From Octopus vulgaris (lineage: Eukaryota), in assembly GCA_951406725.2 (NCBI GenBank), contig OX597830.1, positions 17,670,001-17,734,000 of the forward strand: DNA of 64,000 bases, in the 5' to 3' direction. Position numbers and translations under genes: made by a program. Below are positions 13,269 to 29,240 of the stretch, piece by piece (the stretch's first letter is position 1; every line of letters begins with the position of its first letter). The notes below the pieces were generated by a model. That model saw only the letters and a program-made list of their open reading frames with translations. It searched no databases and was not told the origin of the DNA.

Positions 13269-13683
13269 CCACTTTTTTTGGTCCGACGCTTTACTGAATC
13301 TGCCAATCCGACACTTTATTTTTTTGTTTTTTAATGAAGTTATATTTGTAATTGGAATGATTTAAGATCGATATCATATCTGCTAGATTTGATGTGTTTA
13401 GTAAATCATTTTTGCATTTTGCATCCGGCGATAATTTGTTTAGTCTACAGCGATATCCGATAAACAATTGCAGGAATTAAAACAAGCAGAGTCGATACGG
13501 TTTCATTCTGCTATTGTGTCATTCGTTCAATTCGATTGTTTCTCCGCGCCGATAACATATTATGGACAAAAAGGAAAAGAAATAAATAAACGCGATAAGC
13601 TAATGATTAGAAGGCGCAGAGAAAAGAATGGACGCAAAACCAATAAATTAAGCAAAAAGAAAAACACAAAAAAAGATTTCGTT

Positions 13684-13697
13684 GTTGCCATGGAAAC
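13684..13697. promoter_or_regulatory. RFX X-box motif GTTGCCATGGAAAC, with CCAAT at 13745-13749
   Basis: Match to the RFX consensus GTNRCCATGGNAAC within a non-repetitive island. Confidence 0.35.
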
Positions 13698-13901
13698 TAC
13701 GCTAACGTTTCGATGAATGAAAAATAAAGAAAGCTGTTCATTGACCAATGCCACAGATTAGACTTAATGCCAAAGCAAAGGTTAGCGATATTGCCTCCTG
13801 ATTAATGCAAACTTTTTTTTTTATTCTTTATTATTGTTTCTTTTTTTGGGGGAAGGAATGAAATACGATGGTGATAACACATTATAACAGTAACAACAAA
13901 A

Positions 13902-13955
<54 letters not shown>

Positions 13956-14200
13956 GCAGCTGCTGCTGCTGCAGTTGTTGCTGCTACTTCTACTGCTACT
14001 ACTATTACTACTGCTGCTACATCTGCTGCTACTACTGCTGCTGCTGCTGCAACTACTGCTACTGCTAGTGCTGCTGCTGCTGCCACTACTACAACTGCTA
14101 CTGCTGATGATGATGTTGCTGCTACTTCTACTGTTACTACTATTACTGCTGCTGCTGCTACTACTACTACTACTACTACTACAATTAATAATAATAATAA
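13902..14200. repeat. (CTA)n/(CTG)n/(TAA)n compound microsatellite
   Basis: Direct inspection. Confidence 0.9.
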
Positions 14201-15662
14201 TGCTTTCTAATCGATGTATCAATACCAACAGACGACAAAGTTTCTCTAAAAGAAATGGAAAAACTTTCAAAATACAAAGATCTGTATAAGTTAGCAGTTG
14301 TAAGACACACCAATATACATGATAGAAAACTACTTCATAAACTCTTTAATACACTCCAAAATAGAAAACAAATTAAAATTGAAAATTGTGTAACAAAGGA
14401 AATTATACAGGAACTAAAACGAGATCTCACTGAATTAAATGAAATTATTCACGCGACTCCTAAGACAATTGAAACCAGTTGTATGCCTGTGAAAAAACAA
14501 AGAAATACAAACCTGGGAAGATTCCAAACTTGAAAAATAAAATTGAAAAAGCGATTGAAATAAGGAGAGGTGAAATATAAATATTGAATGAACTAATCTG
14601 TGAAACACTGTAAAAACAAGAGGAGGAAGAAAGATGAAGAGAAAACATAGATTCTCACCAAGAGAACTACTTTCAGCAAAAGAAACATTGCAGCAAAATG
14701 TCCAAAAATTTCAAAGAAAATTTCAAAATCCTCAAAGAATACGAAGAATTGAGAAGTGGAACAAATTTTACAAACAAAATATGCTGTTCACATCGAATGC
14801 GAAAACATTCTACAGAGAAACAGAGAAGGAGAAAATAACCGTTGTAGACCCCCACCTCCTATGCAAGAAGTTGAAAACTTTTGGAAAAATATCTGGAGTG
14901 ATTAAAAGACTTACAACTGGATTAGACACACAGAAGGATCCTATCAAAACTTACCAGAACAAGCATGGGAAGATATCACAATAGCAGACCTAAGGATGAC
15001 ACTCACGAAGTGGAAATCTCCTGGTAATGATAGAGTGTCAAATTTCTGGTTCGCATCGCTCCTGTGCGCACACGAAAAGTTAATCCAGTTATTCAATGAA
15101 ATTATAAGAGATCCTGCGAAAACACCCGATTGGTTAGCAAGAGGTATTACCGACTCCCGAAGAATAATGAAACCAATTCTCCCCCAAAACTATTGGCCCA
15201 TAACATATCTATCTACCATGTATAAAATTTTAACATCCATCGTCGTAGAGAAAGCATACAAATTTGCGGAACACACGATGTTTTACCCACTGAACAAAAA
15301 GGGTGCCGACGAGGCTCATATGGATGCAAAGACCAACTCTTAATCAATCGCATGAGCCTTGAGAACTGTCATAACAAACGCAGAAATCTCAGCTCTACAT
15401 GGATAGATTATAAAAAGACCTTCGACAACATACCACATTGATGGATTTTAAAATTGCTGGATATCTTCGAAACTTCTCCTGCGATTTTGAGCATCCTGAA
15501 GCACAATATGTCAATGTGAAATAGAATCTCACTCTAATGGAATACTGACCACAAAAATATTAATATCAACTGCGGAATTTTCCAAAATGGCTCACTTTCA
15601 CCTTTAATTTTCTACATAGCCCTAATACTCATCACAAGTAAACTCAATATAACAGGGTATCG

Positions 15663-15665
<3 letters not shown>
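14201..15665 (+). mobile_element. Decayed R4/Dong-like non-LTR retrotransposon (RT N-terminal half, preceded by a short RLE-domain piece)
   Basis: KWKSPGNDRVSNFW, NYWPITYLSTMYKILTSI, QKGCRRGSYGCKDQLLIN, WIDYKKTFD and GIFQNGSLSPLIF motifs across frameshifts. Confidence 0.85.
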
Positions 15666-15721
<56 letters not shown>

Positions 15722-15725
<4 letters not shown>

Positions 15726-15900
15726 AGAGTTTATGAAAAAAACAAAAGACGAAAACAGGTGGTGTACAAAACAAACAGATGTATTAGTATAACGCGCAGG
15801 AATAGAAAAAGTCTTTTACGTTTCGAGCCTACGCTCTTCTAACAGAAAGGGACACAGAAAAGAAAAGGAGAGAAAAAAATGTGTGTAGTGGCTAACGATT
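15722..15900 (-). mobile_element. (TA)n-inserted short element, family C, with HHR-like motif at 15813-15849
   Basis: Near-identical to 26221, 45648 and 60163; this copy has a 1-nt insertion in the core. Confidence 0.8.
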
Positions 15901-16606
15901 ATATATATATACATATATCAAATTTGTTTACTGGAAACGTTAAATGATGTTTAGCAGAAGGTTATTTATCCCTTTCGACCAGTGCCAAGGTTGATTGAGT
16001 TATGTATATGTGTGTATGGGAGGTGGCGTATGTGTGTGTGTGAGTGTGGGTATGCATATATTTGTGTATGTGTGTGGGTGCATACGTGCGTGGGCGTGAG
16101 TGTGCGCGCGCATGTGTGTGTATGTGTGTACTATTATTACTTTACTAAGGAATTAGGCGTTGTTTTTCCTGATTCTGGATTTACAAATGTTCGTTTTAAT
16201 TATGCCAGTTAAGTTAGGGCATAAATATTCTCTGCTCTTTATTTTCCATGTCAAGCTCTTCCGTCTAGTTAAGAGTCGAAGTAGGACTAGTGCTGTCATA
16301 CTTCCTTAATTGCACATTAATTCCTTGAACTATCGACTCTTTGATATCATTATCCTTAGGCCATCGGCACTAGGTGTTTGTTTAACTTCTCTTAAAATTA
16401 AGTTAATTCTAATGAATCATGAATTTATTTTGTATCGTATTTAGTGTAACTTAATTAATCTTTGTTGTTCAAATTCTTATCTTTGGCCACTCTCTTACTT
16501 CAATTTCCTTACATACATACGTACACACATTCACGCACATATATATAATTATACATGCACACACATATACACAAACATACATACATACACATATATGTAT
16601 ACATAT

Positions 16607-16665
<59 letters not shown>

Positions 16666-16952
16666 TGCACACGCATACATATACATGTATCTATATATAC
16701 ACATATAAACATGTGTATGTGTGTTTGTGTGTCTATATTTGTCTAATTTAATTCGTTTCTTTGTTATTTACCATGTCTTACAGTGGTTTAATATTTAGGT
16801 GTTCCTTGGGGGGAGTACTTTTCCTTACATGATTATCTTTTATCTTTAATTGAATGAAAATAACCGCGTAACTATTTACTTCTACTAGCCTTTCCATGTT
16901 ATCTTAAATCTCCATACCTACCTACCTACCTACCTACATACATAAATGCATT

Positions 16953-17004
<52 letters not shown>

Positions 17005-17011
17005 TATATAC

Positions 17012-17067
<56 letters not shown>

Positions 17068-17129
17068 ACATATATATATATGAATATATACATATATATA
17101 TATATGAATATATATACATATATATATAC

Positions 17130-17191
<62 letters not shown>

Positions 17192-17215
17192 TATATATAT
17201 ATGAATATACATATA

Positions 17216-17247
<32 letters not shown>

Positions 17248-17280
17248 CATAATATATAGTGTGTAATATATATATATATA

Positions 17281-17319
<39 letters not shown>

Positions 17320-17348
17320 ATATGTATATATGTATACACACACAAACA

Positions 17349-17393
<45 letters not shown>

Positions 17394-17697
17394 TATGTGT
17401 TCTGCATTTGTGCTGTTTCCTAATTACTTCTTGTATACGTTAATTGCGAGATATTTAATTTATGTGCAGTAGAGGAAGTTTAGATTCGTTTTTTGTTTTT
17501 TTTTTCATTATATTTAAGCATTTGTACTTTCATGTATAATGTATTACAGTTTGTTATATAAATTAACGTTCGTGCACATTCGAAGGAGTGTCTGGTTCTC
17601 ATTGAGATAATTCTATATTTTCCCCCACTGCAGTTTTCAAAGTCGTCACTCGTGGACTCTATAACTACCTGAATTGATTAATGTCTGCATATACGGG

Positions 17698-18016
17698 TTT
17701 ATTACTTATGCGCCCTTTTTTGAAGACTAGCCAGGCTCACGGGCCTGGTTTCCCGGTTTCTATGCCGTATGTGTTCCCATCCCCCCATGGACGGGACGCC
17801 AGTCCATCGCAGAGTCACTCAAGAGACAGGAAGAAAGAGCGAGAGAAAGTTGGGGCGAAAGAGTACAACAGGGGTCGCCACCAGCCCCTGCCGGAGCTTC
17901 GTGGAGCTTTTAGGTGTTTTCGCTCAATAAATACACACAACGCCCGGTCTGGGAATCGAAACCACGATTCTCCGACCGCGAGTCCGCTGCCCTAACCACT
18001 GGGCCATTGCGCCTCC
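17698..18016 (-). mobile_element. SINE family D, full length
   Basis: Head at 18016; candidate target-site duplication (TSD) GCATATAC at 17687-17694 and 18017-18024. Confidence 0.9.
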
Positions 18017-19308
18017 GCATATACTTGTATGCTAATCATATGTATGTGCGTCTTGTGCATATGTGTCTGCGTATTAACTAATACTATGTGTACATGTATT
18101 TTAGTACACAATCGTGTGTGCTTATTGCTGTTTATGTGTGTGTGTGTGCGTGTATGTATTCCACATGTATCTTGGTTGGTGTGCAGGTTTTCAACTCAGG
18201 AACGTCGGATAAAGAACCTCGTGAATGTTTTACAGATTCTTATTGTGCCTCTAATCTATCGTAGTTGGAGAATTCGAATCGGTTTGCTGTTTTGGGGTGT
18301 TTGGGGTGTGTATGAAAGGACTCTCAGTGATTCTACGCAGATCTGTTGTTACGTGCCCCAAACGACCTATCATAATGGGTACAAATGAAAATCTATACGT
18401 ATACGGCATATAAAGTATGTTGGGTTCTCCCTGGTTCTTCATAGATGTTTTTCTTTTTCTCAATATTTTGATGCAACATTCACATCTACCGGGCACCCAC
18501 TCTCTATCACTGGCTATCATGACTTTAGCTATGTGACCCCTAGAACGATATACGGCCAATTATGCTTACACTGGTTCGCTCATTTTATTGAAACATTCCT
18601 TTCTTTTTAAAAGTGTGGATATATTCTGCTTCTGATGTGCCTTTGGTACAGTCAGCAAGACAATCTTTCCTCTCAGTAGCTTTTCAGAAGGTTTTCACGA
18701 TAATGTCAACTCTCAATTAGTTTTTGTGACATTTACAAAGACTACTTTTAGTTATTAAAGAAATTTCGGTGAAAGTAATGTTGAAGTAATTTAATTAGGC
18801 AATTTATTTTTAAATATGAGAGCTATAGTTTGAAATATCAAAAAATATACTTTAAAAACTTTGCTAATGTAGTGAGTTCCACACTACAATTCAACTAAAT
18901 TAATTAAATAGCTACAAATAAATTTTGTAATTATTATATTGTTAAAATTGTTTCTACATGACTCATAGAAACAGGTGTAAAGCAAAAGAGACAAAAATTT
19001 TAAAAATATCATGGTGATCGTTTGTTTTTAACTCTTGCAAACAAATAAATGTGTGCGTATGTATAAAATATGTAGATACCTATACTCATACATACACACA
19101 CATAGACATACACACACACATATATATACACACATACATACAGATACATACACACATATCTATATACGCATATATTTAATTCTTTATGCATATAGGAATT
19201 TCTATGTATATATCTGTATACAAACATGTAGGATTATAAGAACACATATAAAATATATATCCATGCGTATATTTGCGTGTTTGTATATCTATGCATATAT
19301 ATATATAC

Positions 19309-19370
<62 letters not shown>

Positions 19371-19378
<8 letters not shown>

Positions 19379-19634
19379 AGTGAATTGAAGAAATGGAGTT
19401 GAACGAAGATTGAACAGAAATCGTTTTATTGTTCTTCGTTTTATTGTTCTTCGTTCAACTCCATTTCTTCAATTCACTAATAATATTAAAATTCATTTAT
19501 CCGCACCAACGCACGGTTGCAACACCATATGGTTGTACCTCCAACCGTGCTGTCTTCTGCTGTGATTTTTGCTACCAAGGTATCGGTTAAACTTTTGATT
19601 AATCTGCAACAAGATTATTCATCTTTCTATTTCA

Positions 19635-19640
<6 letters not shown>
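19371..19640 (+). mobile_element. (TA)n-inserted element with perfect 39-bp inverted repeat (PLE-type terminal fragment)
   Basis: Arms 19371-19409 and 19448-19486; shares motifs with 45170-45362. Confidence 0.7.
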
Positions 19641-19713
<73 letters not shown>

Positions 19714-19732
19714 TATATATATATATTTATAT

Positions 19733-21414
<1,682 letters not shown>

Positions 21415-21981
21415 GATTGTTAATACGCACGTGTGTCTGTATATCTGTTTATGTATTATTTTCTCATTTTAACTTTTTCCATGGTTTATTTTCTAATAGA
21501 CCAGCATGAACACAATGAGTTATTTCTTCAAAATCTTATCTGTCATTTCTCATTAACTATTTGTACTCCTGAATTTTTTTTTTTTTTTTTGCAGTTTCTA
21601 TTTTACACAGGTAAATTTTTGACGTCGTTTCTTACGTAATACATATTATAAAGCAGAGGATTTCTACATTTCATAAACGTTTGTTTACTATACTTCAGTT
21701 TGGCTGATACGATCTGCTAATCTCATTAGTGTACCAACTAAAAATTCCAGTCTCTCTAACTATTTGGTTTCACTTCTAAATGTCGAATACTTTCCATTTA
21801 CAGCTTTTAGATAAACGCTACTTTTGATAGTATTATGGATTAAGTGTTTGGTTACTTCAAAATCTGTTCTCACTTTCTTCACTACACTACTTCTATACAA
21901 AACGACTCTTTGTTTTTCTATTATTACATATATTTTTGTTTCATTTTTATACTTTTACCATCTCATAAATATAAAAATGCA

Positions 21982-22012
<31 letters not shown>

Positions 22013-22226
22013 ATATATTTACATACATATATTAATACTTGTTTTCATATCAAGTGATACATAAAAACAATTCAGCATTAAACGGAAGGATTATTCACAA
22101 CTCGTAAGGAGAAGACGTGTTATTAAACTTTTACAAGAAAAAGATTGACAGTGATTTCCTAGTTTCCGCTTACTAGCCTACGTCAAACTGAACATATATA
22201 TATACATATATATGCATATTTATATG

Positions 22227-22267
<41 letters not shown>

Positions 22268-22276
22268 ATGTATATG

Positions 22277-22313
<37 letters not shown>

Positions 22314-22320
22314 ATATTTG

Positions 22321-22354
<34 letters not shown>

Positions 22355-23303
22355 TTCTCATTGTATTACAAGTTTTCAAGTTTTTACTTATATTCTCTCG
22401 TGTGTTCCTATATGTACAGTCGATCAAAATTTCATCATATATTGATTGGATATTCTTGTTTTTAAGTATGATTGGACTTTTTTCCGTTCTTAATAGACAA
22501 CTGTACTTTAATTATGAATCAAAATTTGGTTCTTTCATCAAAATACTTAGATGGTGAGCATGGCACTTTGATAAGTAAGAATAAAATAAACAACTTAAGC
22601 GTGATAATTTCAAATTCCGAACTCATAAAATCCGCCCCCAAATCTCTTAGAGAAAGTACAAGATGGTTTGTTTAATCCAATTAGAACTATAAAATTTTGG
22701 AATAAGTTAAGCATCTTATAGAACTGCGTAAGAAGATTAAAAACAACAAAGACTTCAGTGATGGCCAAGAACATTCAGATAACACATACATCCGTCATTA
22801 TATTTATACAGAGACATATAACAGCTTTGTTTTGAATACTTGAAGCAAATATATTGTTAAAATTTAAAAGAAAAAAATACGAACCCTAGTTTGGACACCC
22901 TTAAGCATACCAACTACTTGGATATGGAAAGCAAAAATCAAACACACGACCTCACTGTCCCTCTATTTGCCTAACATTACCGATTTAAATTTGAAAGATC
23001 ACAAGGGCGATTTTAATAGAACCCTATTAGCAGCTAGCTCAACGTCAGATGCATTCGTTGGTGTTTATCAATGGCGTGTACTTACGGCTCATTGCATGAT
23101 TAGACGAATTTTATCTACCTCCTTTATATATTGTGATTTTAAACACAGCACGCTCATAAGTTATGTTATCGCTGGACGAATACCGCAGTAAAATTTCCTT
23201 TCAATGATGTTTTTACGTTAAATATGGTGCATAGAAGTCTGTTTTAATCTAGTATTGCCCCTGTTTCATATATCGTATACATGTGTGTGTGTGTGTGTGT
23301 GTA

Positions 23304-23353
<50 letters not shown>

Positions 23354-23379
23354 CGTGTAGAAAGAAAATTATTCTTCTG

Positions 23380-24420
23380 GGCAACTATGAGACGTATGTT
23401 CTGTTAAAGAGAAAGAGCCATACTACCTCTGCCAAACAGATCCCAACGACATGATCAGAGATCTTGCTTCCACAAAGTTCAATTCCGAATACTTGATCAA
23501 TTGGTTTGACTGGATAGGCGAAAATGCTCAAGTCACAAATTCAAGGAATCCTCACGTTGGTTCTTCTAGGATTTTTTTCTACCAAAATGTTGTTAGTTCA
23601 TTCCAAGCCATCTGAGTAGCCCAAACAAGCGGCGCTTCATCATTAACAACTCATTCGAAAAATTCAAAGTTGTTCTGCTCCGTAATAAGAGGAACAATCT
23701 GTCTCTTCCTCTGGTTAGCTTTGGCACCTCAGAAAAGAATACACCAGCGTCTGATTTCACTAGATGTCTTGGACTATAATGAACACGACTTTATTTTATA
23801 TCTTCGACTATAGTGAATATGACAAGAAGGTTATCGGAGACTTCAAAATTGTGGTATTACTGATGGCTTTCAAAAGCAGATTTCTCATGTATTTCAGCTA
23901 TCTTTGCCTTTCGGCAGTAGAGGCACCGCGGCACACTATTACTCGCGGCACTGTCTATGACAGACCGAGTCAGAAACAAAGACAATTAGGGACAATTTGG
24001 ACCCAAGATGGTGTTTCTCCCTTCACTGCAGATAAACTTGTGCTTTATGAAGCAATTTTTCACGGCTCTTGATAAGGTATCTGCAGCTTTAAATGCTTTT
24101 AACACTGCTTCTCTAAGTGGTCTGAAGTTACGGTCAAAAGAGGTGTCTTTGTTGGACCATAGATGAAGAAGATGCTAGGCTACACACATTTTCCCATATG
24201 TTCATCATATAGGAGGAGATAGTGATTTAGGGCTCCCTGCTAAATCACAAGGCAGAAAACTGTGTGAACTGGATGAGATTCCGGTGAAGAAGTGCAAAAA
24301 AGTGGCCGGCAAGATGTCCCTGAAATTTCATGTCTTTGAGCTCAACTTAATAAATTCAAGAACATGGAAATAGACTCAGGAGAAAGACGATTGGTTCTAG
24401 GGAACTGTAACGGACCACTC
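23380..24420 (+). mobile_element. Decayed Chapaev3/CMC-like DNA transposase remnant
   Basis: Frameshifted motifs KVIGDFKIVVLLM, YFSYLCL, PSLQINLCFMKQF, GVFVGP and MSLKFH resemble the GDLKVV / PLHIKLGLMK / KEGIFVGPQI / MSLKIH blocks. Confidence 0.6.
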
Positions 24421-24599
24421 ATTCTGCATAGTCGTCATGTTGGATGTCGAAGCAGCAAACATCGTTGACTTAAGGTGGCTATGAACCAGGAGATGTAAAT
24501 CCTGGAAGAAATAGAACTAACTGGATACAAGCAGGGGTTTGATCAAATCTGTTTGGTCGTCTAACTGAGAGTGACTAGTTGCTGAAAGATCCAAAACAC

Positions 24600-24830
24600 C
24601 CAATGATTTCAGAAAAACATCAGCAATGATATGTTAAGATGATGTATGAAAAACTATATTGGTGTAACATCTCAAGGCTACAATATTACTATTGTTATTG
24701 AAGCTCTTGGAATATCAAAAGGAGCAAACAAATATGTTGATAAAATTCCTGATTTACCTCCGGGCACTTTACATATTTTGCATAAATTGTCACCGTGTAA
24801 ATGCAATTTTATTCATTCAGTATTGCTATA
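24600..24830 (+). mobile_element. Degenerate R4/Dong-like LINE 3' fragment
   Basis: IVIEALGISKGANKYVDKIP..GTLHILHKL parallels IIVGALGMIKKYSDKYITKTP..GTAHILRRTL at 57200-57346. Confidence 0.55.
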
Positions 24831-25029
24831 TATTTTATAAAGATTTTTCTTACACTTAAGCATCAATCTTTTCAATTACATAGCACCTCACCTGTTAACA
24901 TATTTAGATGCAAAATATTTATGCAGCTTGTATAAATTAAAGCAAAGCCCAAACACAACAACAGCAACAGCAACAACAACAATAATTTCTCACAGGTACA
25001 CGATCTCAAATTTGGTGGGTGGTTGCAGA

Positions 25030-26165
25030 ATAAAATATACACGTATGAAAAAGGATTTAAGTAGAAATATTTTAGACGCATGATATACTTATAGCCGTTA
25101 AATGAGAAAAGAATAATAAGGTAATATATTCACAGTCTCGGTAATGTTAAAGCTGTAATATTCTTAACTGAACGCTAAAAGAATTAGAAAGACTAAAGAG
25201 AAACAAAACAAGAAAATGGTGACTGTATTTCGAATATCCCTCACAAAAGCTAAGGCAGAAAGATAATATTGTCTACGAATTGAGGGAAGAAAGGGCCTAA
25301 TGCAATTAGAAAACTTGTATACACTACTTAAGAAGATTAATAAATGTGTAACAAAGCCAACAAATACAAAGCAGAGGATAAAGAAACTGACAGCTCTAGG
25401 GAGTAAAGAAAAACGACAGAAATTCTGAAATCTTAAAACTCAAGTTAGAAGTGAATTTATAGAACGCCATGTTGAAATGACGACAAGAAAAGCCCTTTCA
25501 TGACCAAAAGCTGGAATAAAACTAGGCAGAGAGAAATCATAGCACTGGGTGAAAAGCGCAGGAGTTAAGCACAGAGGTTGCATGATCAAAGTTTTTCCAC
25601 CAAAAGCATGTAAGTAATCAAAAGATTACTTTAACTGCTAAATCTATGGAGGGCGGGTAGAAGGAATAAATCAATTTGCCTTTGATAACGCAGTCTCTGC
25701 AAAAAAAGGATATATCGGCAGGTATGATAGAGTCTGAGTGTACATACACTGGAAGTTATACCGGCATTATGAAATAGCAACAGAAAAGATATGCTATAAA
25801 CATACATGAGAAGAAGTCTCTGAGAATGAAAAGGCAACCAACTCTGGGACAAGCAATTCCACACAGAGATATCAAGTTTAATTAACCTGACATTGATGTT
25901 AAGGACTCGTAAGAAAAGGAAGTACCTCCTAATCGAAGTATCAGCCCAAACAGTCTCTATAAGATAAATTATCCCAGTGTAAAGATCTGGAAGTGATAAC
26001 CTGAATGTAGGGATTGAAAACCAAGATATCCCCTATAATAATTGGTGTGTTGGAAATAATTAAATTTATGCATTTACATAACCAAAATTGCAAATATGCG
26101 GAGCAAACAAAAAATAGCATTAGTCGGCACTGCATACTTGTTACCTAGAGAACTCTCTAGATACA
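25030..26165 (+). mobile_element. Highly decayed R4/Dong-like LINE 3' half
   Basis: Co-linear nucleotide similarity to 56000-57346 (ATTCTTAACTG, GGCCTAATGCAATTAGAAAAC, GAAAAGCCCTTTCATG, TACATACACTGGAAGTTAT, GGCACTGCATAC). Confidence 0.7.
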
Positions 26166-26220
26166 AATAAAATAAGTACGCACTATATATATTTTCTCAA
26201 TTTTCTTATATATATATATG

Positions 26221-26425
26221 TAGGGAGAGTTTACGAAAAAAACAAAAGACGAAGACAGGTGGTGTACAAAACAAACAGATGTATTAGTATAACGCTCAGG
26301 AATAGAAAAAGTCTTTTACGTTTCGAGCCTACGCTCTTCTACAGAAAGGGACACAGAAAAAACAAGGAGAGAAACAAGGAGAGAAAAAAAGGAGAGAAAA
26401 AATGTGTGTAGTGGCTAACCATCTA
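26221..26425 (-). mobile_element. Family C (TA)n-inserted element with HHR-like motif at 26313-26348
   Basis: Minus strand CTTT CTGTAGA A GAGC GTAG GCTC GAA ACGT A AAAG. Confidence 0.8.
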
Positions 26426-26833
26426 TCTATATATCCATTTAAAAGCAGAAAAGAAAATGGAGATTAGGAAGTTAATTGTTTATTGTTAACAACAGATTGG
26501 TCATCTTCGCTTCTTACAGCCGTTTCAATTAATACTCAATCATTTAATTACAAATTTGTACATTAAATTTACATTCATGTGGCATGAGTATGATTTCATC
26601 AGATGAAAAACGATATGCCTTTGGATATCATATATTCAGCAGATTGAATGTTACGTTCTATGCTTTGTAAACTGTTGGTGCCTAAATGTATATATGAATA
26701 TATCTTCACACACAGATGCGTATACGGGCATTTGTACGTACAGTTAATCATACATACACATACACGCACACATACGCCTATACATGCATAAACACACACA
26801 CGGGTACATGCATACGCCTTTACAGACATACAC

Positions 26834-26875
<42 letters not shown>

Positions 26876-26959
26876 GTGCATATAGACACACACATATATA
26901 AGATATATATACGAGTCCACGTATAGGCATGTATATGCACACATATACATATGTATATC

Positions 26960-27173
26960 CTTTTCTCCTCTAGGCACAAAGCACGAAAATTTTGGGAAGG
27001 GAGCCAGTCGATTAGATCGACCGCAGTAGGCAACAGATACTTAATTTATCGACCCCGAAAGGATGAAAGGTAAAGTCGACCTCGGCAGAATTTGAACTCA
27101 GAACGTAAGGACAGACGAAATATCGCTAAGCATTTGGTCCGGCGTGCTAACGTTTCTGTCAGCTCGCTGCCTT
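26960..27173 (-). mobile_element. SINE family B
   Basis: Reverse-complement core and head. Confidence 0.85.
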
Positions 27174-27282
27174 ATATATTTATACATACATACATACATA
27201 CATACATACATACATACATACATACATACACACATATATATATACACACGTTTATGCATACATATACAAGCATACGCACACT

Positions 27283-27321
<39 letters not shown>

Positions 27322-27626
27322 GTACGTGGTTATACATTTATATAGACACACATAAAAATATATAGAAGTGTCAACATATATGTACGTATATACACACACA
27401 CATACATATATATATACATACACATACATATGTAAATAAATATACGTCCACATAAATACACGCTTAAAATATATCTTCATATATCCATAATTAATTACGT
27501 ATGTGTGTGTATGCATCCATTCGCATAAGTACAAGAAAAAGGAAAGTATTTTGTTGAGCTATTTATTCTCCACTTTGTGTATATATGGTTATATGTATAT
27601 ATATATATATATATATCTATATATAT

Positions 27627-27687
<61 letters not shown>

Positions 27688-27722
27688 TAGATACATAGAT
27701 AGATAGATACGTAGATGGATGT

Positions 27723-28030
27723 GGAGGTACATGGCCCAGTGGTTAGAGCAGCGGACTCACGGTCGAGGGATCACGGGTTCGAATCTCAGACCGGGCGATG
27801 TGTGTGTTTATGAGCGAAACACCTAAGCTTCACGCGGCTCCGGCAGACGGTAATGGCAAACTTCTGCTGACTCTTTTGCCACAACTTTCTCTCACTCTTT
27901 CCTCCTGCATCTTGCAACTCACCTGCGACGGACCGGCGTGCCGTCCAGTTGGGGAACTTATACGTCAAGGAAACCGGGAACCCGGCCCTTATGAGCCAGG
28001 CATGGCTCGAGAAGTAACAAACAACAAAAC
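27723..28030 (+). mobile_element. SINE family D variant
   Basis: GGAGGTACATGGCCCAGTGGTTAGAGCAGCGGACTC head; (AAC)n tail; similar to 31899. Confidence 0.9.
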
Positions 28031-28517
28031 AACATGTAGATAGATAGATAGATAGATAGATATAGCTATACCACGTGATGCAGCGAATGCATTCAGTAAA
28101 ATTGAGACAGTCGAATAAAGAGATTTCTACAGATTTTCAGAGTCAGCACTGAAAGTTTTGACCTTTCGTTTACGAATACGTCAATGTAAACAATGCGTTC
28201 AAAGAAAATAAGTAATGAGTATATAATGGACATTTCAAGAGTTTTTATTCCTCCTTCAGCACCAAAACCAAACCATTAACCATCCACAGACATATTGCTG
28301 AAATAACCACTAAATTTAGTGGTGTGATCCAATTGGATATACCGACTTTGCATATTAAATACATTCTTGGCAACTTGTACGTACATCTTAATTGCTGGTA
28401 GGGACACTGTGCTTCGTTATGGAACCATATTGGTTGCATATCATGGTTGTATAGCGAAATACGGTGTCGCTACCAGCAATTAAAAATGATAATATATATA
28501 CTTCTGATAATGATATT

Positions 28518-28544
28518 AGTAGTAACAATACTAGTAGCAGTAGC

Positions 28545-28603
<59 letters not shown>

Positions 28604-28628
28604 AAGTAGCAGTAGCAGCAGCAAGAAC

Positions 28629-28686
<58 letters not shown>

Positions 28687-28733
28687 CCAGCAGCAGCAGT
28701 AGCAGTAGTAGTAGTAGTAGCATTAGCAATAGC

Positions 28734-28786
<53 letters not shown>
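28518..28786. repeat. (AGT)n/(AGC)n microsatellite
   Basis: Direct inspection. Confidence 0.95.
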
Positions 28787-28787
<1 letters not shown>

Positions 28788-29165
28788 TATACGATGGCCT
28801 AATGAATAGGAGCGAATGAATCACAAAACTAGACGAAAACAGATCAGAAATCTGAATTCTTCCTATTCTGACCCAACATGTCGTGCTCATCTTTTTGTTT
28901 TCCTTTTCATAGCCATTTCTACGATTTCTAACGGCTATCACGATATTGCACGTCTGCTGCCTTCGATTTAAATATTGGTGATGGATACTTCAGGAAATTG
29001 GTTCATGCATTTTGAATGATGATCGTCATCGCATCTCTGAACTTTGATTTGCATCTCACTCACTTTCTCTTTTCTCTCGCTCTCTATGCTCTCCTTCTCT
29101 CGTTCACGCACTGTTCTCTCTCACTCTCCAATTCTTTGCATATATATACATACATACATATATAT

Positions 29166-29240
<75 letters not shown>

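Noticed and set aside
12893-13365. Pro/His/Thr-rich ORFs
   Set aside because: All frames are open because of (CAC/CAT)n; no splice or domain support
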